A stretch of 64,000 bases of DNA from NCBI GenBank assembly GCA_937914945.1, contig CALGJF010000009.1, forward strand, positions 139,483-203,482. Direction: 5' to 3'. The stretch is from an uncultured Bacteroidales bacterium (lineage in GTDB: Bacteria > Bacteroidota > Bacteroidia > Bacteroidales > Bacteroidaceae). The notes under the pieces are model-generated. The model did not search any database. It saw only the letters and a list, made by a program, of their open reading frames with translations, and was not told the DNA's origin. Both the position numbers and the translations under genes were made by a program. Each line of letters begins with the position of its first letter. Positions within the stretch are counted from its first letter, which is position 1. Of this stretch, positions 59,201 through 64,000 are shown piece after piece.

Positions 59201-62200
59201 ATGAGAACTATAACTACCATTTTTGCGTTTATTTTCCTTTCGTTATCTAACATTGTGGCGCAAAGTTTTGAGACGGCAAATGTTCGTGCCGCGTCATCAA
59301 ACAGTATTCCGAGTGATAATACACTACGCTACTATCGTCTTGCGATTCCTGTAACCCACTCGGCTTATGTCGAGGACCTGAATGAAGACTATAACAATGT
59401 CTTGCAATTTTGGAGAGAGTGTGAGAAGTTTGTTAATGAGATGTTCGTTCCATTGGGTTTCTGCTTCAATGTGATTGAAGACCAGCGCCTTGTAAAGTCC
59501 GACTATTTCCCTAATGAGGATAGCGAATCGTTTATATATACTTTGCAATCCAATGGCACTTCAAACACAAACGACTTGATAGGAGAAGATGCATACGATG
59601 TAGGTATGTGGGTACATCACCGTGGGGTTGAGCTTGAAAACAGCGGCCTATCGGCCGAAGGCGGAGTATATAGCAGCATTGCCAAGGGAAGCGGATACTC
59701 AAAGACCGACAAATGGGTTGTAGCACACGAACTTGGACACATGTTCGGCGCTCCCCACACAACAACAGGTGAAGGAAGTCTTATGGATAGTGGCGGTGAT
59801 GATTTTTTCTCATATCCCTCAATAAAGAGGATACGAGAACTTGCTGTAGAGAAAGGGGCTGGAAGTGCAAATAGCGCAATAAAAGTAAGCAATAATACCC
59901 CTGTTTTTGTCAATGAGAGTATGAACGATGTTTACAAGATACCGCAAGGTGCTTGTATGGCAATACCTGTATATGTAAATGATGCCGACAAGGACATTCT
60001 TACATATTCGGCAATAGGATGTAGCAGTTCAACAGTAGGAAATATCGTAGAAGGGGGTGTTATGCCACATTTTGCATCGGTGATACCACAGAAAAACAAT
60101 ATCATTGATTATAGGCCCAAATTTACTGCAGATATATTCTATGACGATTTTTATTATGAACAAGACGGCACAAACATTCCTGCAATGAATGCCGGTTCAT
60201 ACAATATTGCCATTCTGGTGAACGACGTACCTGCATCCATGGAGTATGACTATTTAACTGCCAATCCTTTTTACAGCAATTATGCAGTGTGGGATGCTAC
60301 AGTACAGATTGTTGGCGGAACAGCATTTAACGCTTCGATGTCGCCTGCAAAAGATAGTTATTCGGCAGGTGAGCAAGTAACAATAAAATGGGGAGTGAAC
60401 AACAACTATTTTACAGCAGAGAGCCGTCTCCGCATAACAATGTCAGCAGACTACGGCAAGACTTTTAACCATATACTTGCCGACAATATTCCCGCGCTTG
60501 ATGGCAGCAAGGTCGTAACACTGCCTAATGTAAATGTGGAAAACATCAATATTGACTTCAAAACTGCAACACGTTCAATGCGTGGAGGTATAATCCGCGT
60601 GGAAGAGGTTGGCGGCGTAGCATACACATTGACTACATTGTCTCCCGAGAACGGAGGTGGTTTCAATATCACCGGTGGCGGTTCAACACCTGAAGCTGCA
60701 CAATACATCGTAACCACCAGAGCAAACCCGGCCGAAGGCGGAACTGCCCAAATAAGTACCGGCGCAAGCCAATCATCGACATCGGCTACCGTAACAAATG
60801 GCACATCGGTTACACTATATGCAGTTGCAAACACGGGTTACAGATTCGTAAGTTGGACAAACGGTGCAAATACTATAAGTAATGAAGCCACAACGAATGT
60901 AACAATTACTGCAAATAGCGAATTTGTTGCAAACTTCGAGAAAGAGAATACAACTATCGGGTATCCCACTCCAACAGGCACAACATACACCAACAACTAC
61001 CTTACATCAATAACAACAACAGGTGGCGACACAAATATCAGCTACTCGGCATATGCGCATCCCGAACAATTGCTTGTAGTGGTCCCCGGCAAAGTACAAA
61101 TAGAGAAAGGCGAATCGTTCACCATGAACCTTGTAGCTAATTCATTAGGGGCAGGAGACGCTACTACTGCACATGAGGATATGCGATACAACCATGCATC
61201 ACTCTTCACAGACTTTGACCAAGACTGCATATTTCAAGAAACAGCAGTACAGACTTGGGGCGATAATCCGCCAGCCCACAACGTCTATGGAAACTACGAC
61301 TATGTAATGAATATTACACACACGATTACAGTTCCCGATGATGCTCCCGCAGGCGAATCGCATATAAGAATGATATACACCAATGCGTGGAAGATTTTTC
61401 CTGTCAATGGAACAGCAACACTTGACAAGGGTATTGTATATGATATTATTGTAGATGTTATAGAGAATGTCGATATCTCCGTAAGTGCAAGCGAAGGGGG
61501 CTCTGTTACAATCAACGGAGAGTCCACAAACACAAAAAAAGTTACCAAAGGCACCAATATTACGCTTGCGGCAAATTCAAACAGCGGTTACAGTTTCTGC
61601 GGTTGGTATGATGGCGAAGATATGGTGAGCGATGAAAACCCATACACCTTTACTGCAACATCGGATATAGCATACACAGCACATTTTGCACAGGATGGGA
61701 TATTCCCCGATGGCACATATAAAATCCATTGGCAGCAGAACGGACGTGGCTATCTTGCATATCACACAAGCTATCCCGCCGAGGCAAAGCTTGCCGATGT
61801 AACATTGGGTAACTATGGCAATTCACATTTTACAAGTACATCACCCGATGTTGATATTATATGGTACCTAATCACAGCAGATGATGGTAACAGATATTTG
61901 TTCCACGCTGCAACCGGAAAATTTATAACAGCAGGTTCAGCCGAGGCCGGGAAGAATGCCAAAGCAAATGTGTTGAGTACAACAGAAGCATTACCTATAA
62001 GAATTGAGGAGAACACTGCACATAGTGGCTATTATGTTTTAATGGCAACTGTAAACGGCACCGATGCACTCCTTTCAAGCGGTTGCGGTACACCATCGGC
62101 AAGCGGAAGCCCGGTACGCTGGTGGTACGATAACAACAACAAGGATTTTATGAATGATGGCGGTAGCCCGCTAACCTTGATTCCGGTTAAAGATGTTGTT

Positions 62201-63259
62201 GTAGAAGAAAGCATCATGGCAGCGGTAAAAGCAATAATAAACGGCACTGAAGAAAGCGTATTAACAACCGGCTATTATAGATTCAAATGCATCGGTGGCG
62301 GGAAATATCTCTCTTCGGAAGTTAGTGCAAGCAACGGCAACCGCCTTGTGATGGATGGAAAGAACGACATCTTCTATTACAACCAATCGTCCCTACTTTC
62401 ATATACACAGGGACAGTATATAGGCATTTCCCAAACAGCAAGCATTTACAATGTTACCCTGAGCGATATAGCAACGTCACCGGCAGCCACCGAAGTAATA
62501 CCCTCTGCCGGCGTTTACTATATATCTATTGGCGGCATGAATGATTATGGTAATGGCATAAGATATATTTATGGTAACGCCGACGAGGCTGATAGCGGCA
62601 CTCAGGATGCCGGCCTCCCAACCAATGATGGTTATAAATGGGCCGTAGAGGAGATTACTGAATTGCCTGTTGAAATAGGAAAGACAGGCTGGGCCACCAT
62701 GTATGCCCCTGTGGCTTTGGAACTCCCCATCGGTGTTACAGCCTATTATATAGAAAAAGAGAACGTCAAAGAAGATTATATTACACTTACAGCAATTACC
62801 GACAATGTCATTCCCGCATTAACCGGCGTTATACTATATTCAAAAGAGGCCGTAGGGAATGGCAAGAGCTATGATTTTACAATAACAGAATCATCGGTCA
62901 CTTATGATACAAACATCCTTGAAGGCTCCACTGCAAAAGAGATTGTCTATTCAGAGGCATTTGTTCTTTCCGAATCAAACGGCCTTATCGGTTTCTATAA
63001 AGCCAAAATGAACCTATCGGATAACAAAGCCTTTTTGAATAACAGCCATAAAGCATATCTTCCAATTGCGAAGTTAACAAGTGCAGATAAGAGCAACGGA
63101 TGGCATATAATCATTGACGGGGGAAACAGCACCTCAATCGATGAGATTCATAACGATATTAATGATAACGAGATCTATGACCTGACAGGACGCAGAATAG
63201 ACTCTGTTTCTCGGAAAGGTATATATATATCAAATGGTCAAAAGATATATGTTCATTAA
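59201..63259 (+). CDS. secreted metzincin-type zinc metalloprotease with InlB B-repeat (Listeria-Bacteroides repeat) domains and T9SS C-terminal domain
   Basis: 1352 aa with a signal peptide and HELGHMFGAPH (HExxHxxGxxH). Two GY(R/S)F..W(T/Y).G repeat modules. C-terminus IYDLTGRRIDSVSRKGIYISNGQKIYVH. Confidence 0.75.
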   Translation: MRTITTIFAFIFLSLSNIVAQSFETANVRAASSNSIPSDNTLRYYRLAIPVTHSAYVEDLNEDYNNVLQFWRECEKFVNEMFVPLGFCFNVIEDQRLVKSDYFPNEDSESFIYTLQSNGTSNTNDLIGEDAYDVGMWVHHRGVELENSGLSAEGGVYSSIAKGSGYSKTDKWVVAHELGHMFGAPHTTTGEGSLMDSGGDDFFSYPSIKRIRELAVEKGAGSANSAIKVSNNTPVFVNESMNDVYKIPQGACMAIPVYVNDADKDILTYSAIGCSSSTVGNIVEGGVMPHFASVIPQKNNIIDYRPKFTADIFYDDFYYEQDGTNIPAMNAGSYNIAILVNDVPASMEYDYLTANPFYSNYAVWDATVQIVGGTAFNASMSPAKDSYSAGEQVTIKWGVNNNYFTAESRLRITMSADYGKTFNHILADNIPALDGSKVVTLPNVNVENINIDFKTATRSMRGGIIRVEEVGGVAYTLTTLSPENGGGFNITGGGSTPEAAQYIVTTRANPAEGGTAQISTGASQSSTSATVTNGTSVTLYAVANTGYRFVSWTNGANTISNEATTNVTITANSEFVANFEKENTTIGYPTPTGTTYTNNYLTSITTTGGDTNISYSAYAHPEQLLVVVPGKVQIEKGESFTMNLVANSLGAGDATTAHEDMRYNHASLFTDFDQDCIFQETAVQTWGDNPPAHNVYGNYDYVMNITHTITVPDDAPAGESHIRMIYTNAWKIFPVNGTATLDKGIVYDIIVDVIENVDISVSASEGGSVTINGESTNTKKVTKGTNITLAANSNSGYSFCGWYDGEDMVSDENPYTFTATSDIAYTAHFAQDGIFPDGTYKIHWQQNGRGYLAYHTSYPAEAKLADVTLGNYGNSHFTSTSPDVDIIWYLITADDGNRYLFHAATGKFITAGSAEAGKNAKANVLSTTEALPIRIEENTAHSGYYVLMATVNGTDALLSSGCGTPSASGSPVRWWYDNNNKDFMNDGGSPLTLIPVKDVVVEESIMAAVKAIINGTEESVLTTGYYRFKCIGGGKYLSSEVSASNGNRLVMDGKNDIFYYNQSSLLSYTQGQYIGISQTASIYNVTLSDIATSPAATEVIPSAGVYYISIGGMNDYGNGIRYIYGNADEADSGTQDAGLPTNDGYKWAVEEITELPVEIGKTGWATMYAPVALELPIGVTAYYIEKENVKEDYITLTAITDNVIPALTGVILYSKEAVGNGKSYDFTITESSVTYDTNILEGSTAKEIVYSEAFVLSESNGLIGFYKAKMNLSDNKAFLNNSHKAYLPIAKLTSADKSNGWHIIIDGGNSTSIDEIHNDINDNEIYDLTGRRIDSVSRKGIYISNGQKIYVH

Positions 63260-63335
63260 AGGAAAAAGCAATTACCAAGATTCACAAGAAGTGGTAGGAT
63301 TGTTGAATTTACTCACATTGCAAGTAGTTTTATAA

Positions 63336-64000
63336 ATGAATACAATATGGATTGTTATGCCCATTCTTATTGCGCTTATGTTTCTATTAGGAACCGAGCT
63401 CAATAAAAATGCATTTATAAATGTAGCACACCACCCCAAGGCTGTTATTCTTGGGATGATTGGGCAGATAATAATCTTGCCCGCATTTGCGTTTGTAATT
63501 GCTTGGTTGCTTAATATGCCATCTGCCTATTTTATGGGATTGGTCCTGATAGCTTGTTGCCCGGGCGGAAGCTCCTCAAACGTGTTTTCAATGTTGGCAA
63601 AGGGCGATGTTGCCCTATCTGTTACACTCACCGCAATAAGCAGTATCATCACCCTTTTTACCCTTCCTTTGATAATGGAACTGACATCGCGGTTTGTTGC
63701 ACACAATACAGAGATAACAATAGAACTACCTGTGGCAAGGCTGCTTATACAGAATATTGTACTATTGTTTGTCCCCCTATTGGCAGGTTGGCTCTTCCGT
63801 TGGAAATATCCCGGGCCGGCAGTTAAAACAGCCAATGCGCTTAACAAAATTGCTTTCCCCGCACTCATGCTGCTGGCTTTATTATTTTTTCTGCAATACA
63901 CGCAGGAAATCATAGACAACTTCGCACTCACGGGCACTGCTTGCGGCATGCTCATCGTAGCAAGTATGCTTGGCAGCTCCATATTGGCGCGCATTGGCAG
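63336..64000 (+). CDS. bile acid:sodium symporter (BASS) family transporter, 3' end outside window
   Basis: Open from the ATG at 63336 to the window edge. GLVLIACCPGGSSSNVFSMLAKGDVALSVTLTA is the BASS signature. Confidence 0.75.
   Translation, partial: MNTIWIVMPILIALMFLLGTELNKNAFINVAHHPKAVILGMIGQIIILPAFAFVIAWLLNMPSAYFMGLVLIACCPGGSSSNVFSMLAKGDVALSVTLTAISSIITLFTLPLIMELTSRFVAHNTEITIELPVARLLIQNIVLLFVPLLAGWLFRWKYPGPAVKTANALNKIAFPALMLLALLFFLQYTQEIIDNFALTGTACGMLIVASMLGSSILARIG

Noticed and set aside
1-64000. Mobile elements, prophage, integrative elements or known defence systems
   Set aside because: I recognised no transposase, integrase, recombinase, phage structural, RT, Cas, restriction-modification or toxin-antitoxin signature in any long ORF. 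The tRNA-Arg is not flanked by an integrase or a direct repeat of its 3' end.

Overview
This 64-kb chromosomal segment looks like a Bacteroidales (Bacteroidota) genome. Three things point that way. TAnnTTTG -7 promoter boxes precede most operons and Shine-Dalgarno sites are mostly absent. The complete MoxR/DUF58/BatA-E aerotolerance operon is present (23.2-31.6 kb, minus strand). Two large secreted proteins end in T9SS-type C-terminal sorting domains. I call about 55 protein genes, one RNase P RNA (not in the ORF track; it overlaps a spurious 108-aa ORF), one tRNA-Arg(ACG), about 13 hairpin terminators and about 17 promoter boxes. Most of the content is housekeeping: ribE, htrA, galE, rpsP, M16 peptidase, HU, rimO, ftsY, lepA, ettA, dcp, H+-pyrophosphatase. 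I found no transposase, integrase, reverse transcriptase, Cas gene, CRISPR array or recognisable defence gene. The least explained part is a 3-kb islet between lepA and asmA (37.8-40.9 kb). It holds a 423-aa orphan protein, a YbjN-like protein, a frameshifted AAA/ABC-type ATPase remnant with an atypical Shine-Dalgarno site, and a 64-bp direct repeat whose 3 mismatches all fall on adenines of one copy. It is the best candidate for something undescribed, but it also shows gene decay, so I cannot claim a functional system. Other items worth a second look: a 95-97-bp tandem repeat carrying promoter boxes upstream of dcp; a REP-like palindromic element between ftsY and lepA; a G7 tract in the promoter of a BspA-like surface protein; a yhhQ-radical SAM operon that may be queuosine salvage; and an S41-like protein whose catalytic Ser position reads Asn. 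All family names come from motif recognition by eye, since no database search was possible.
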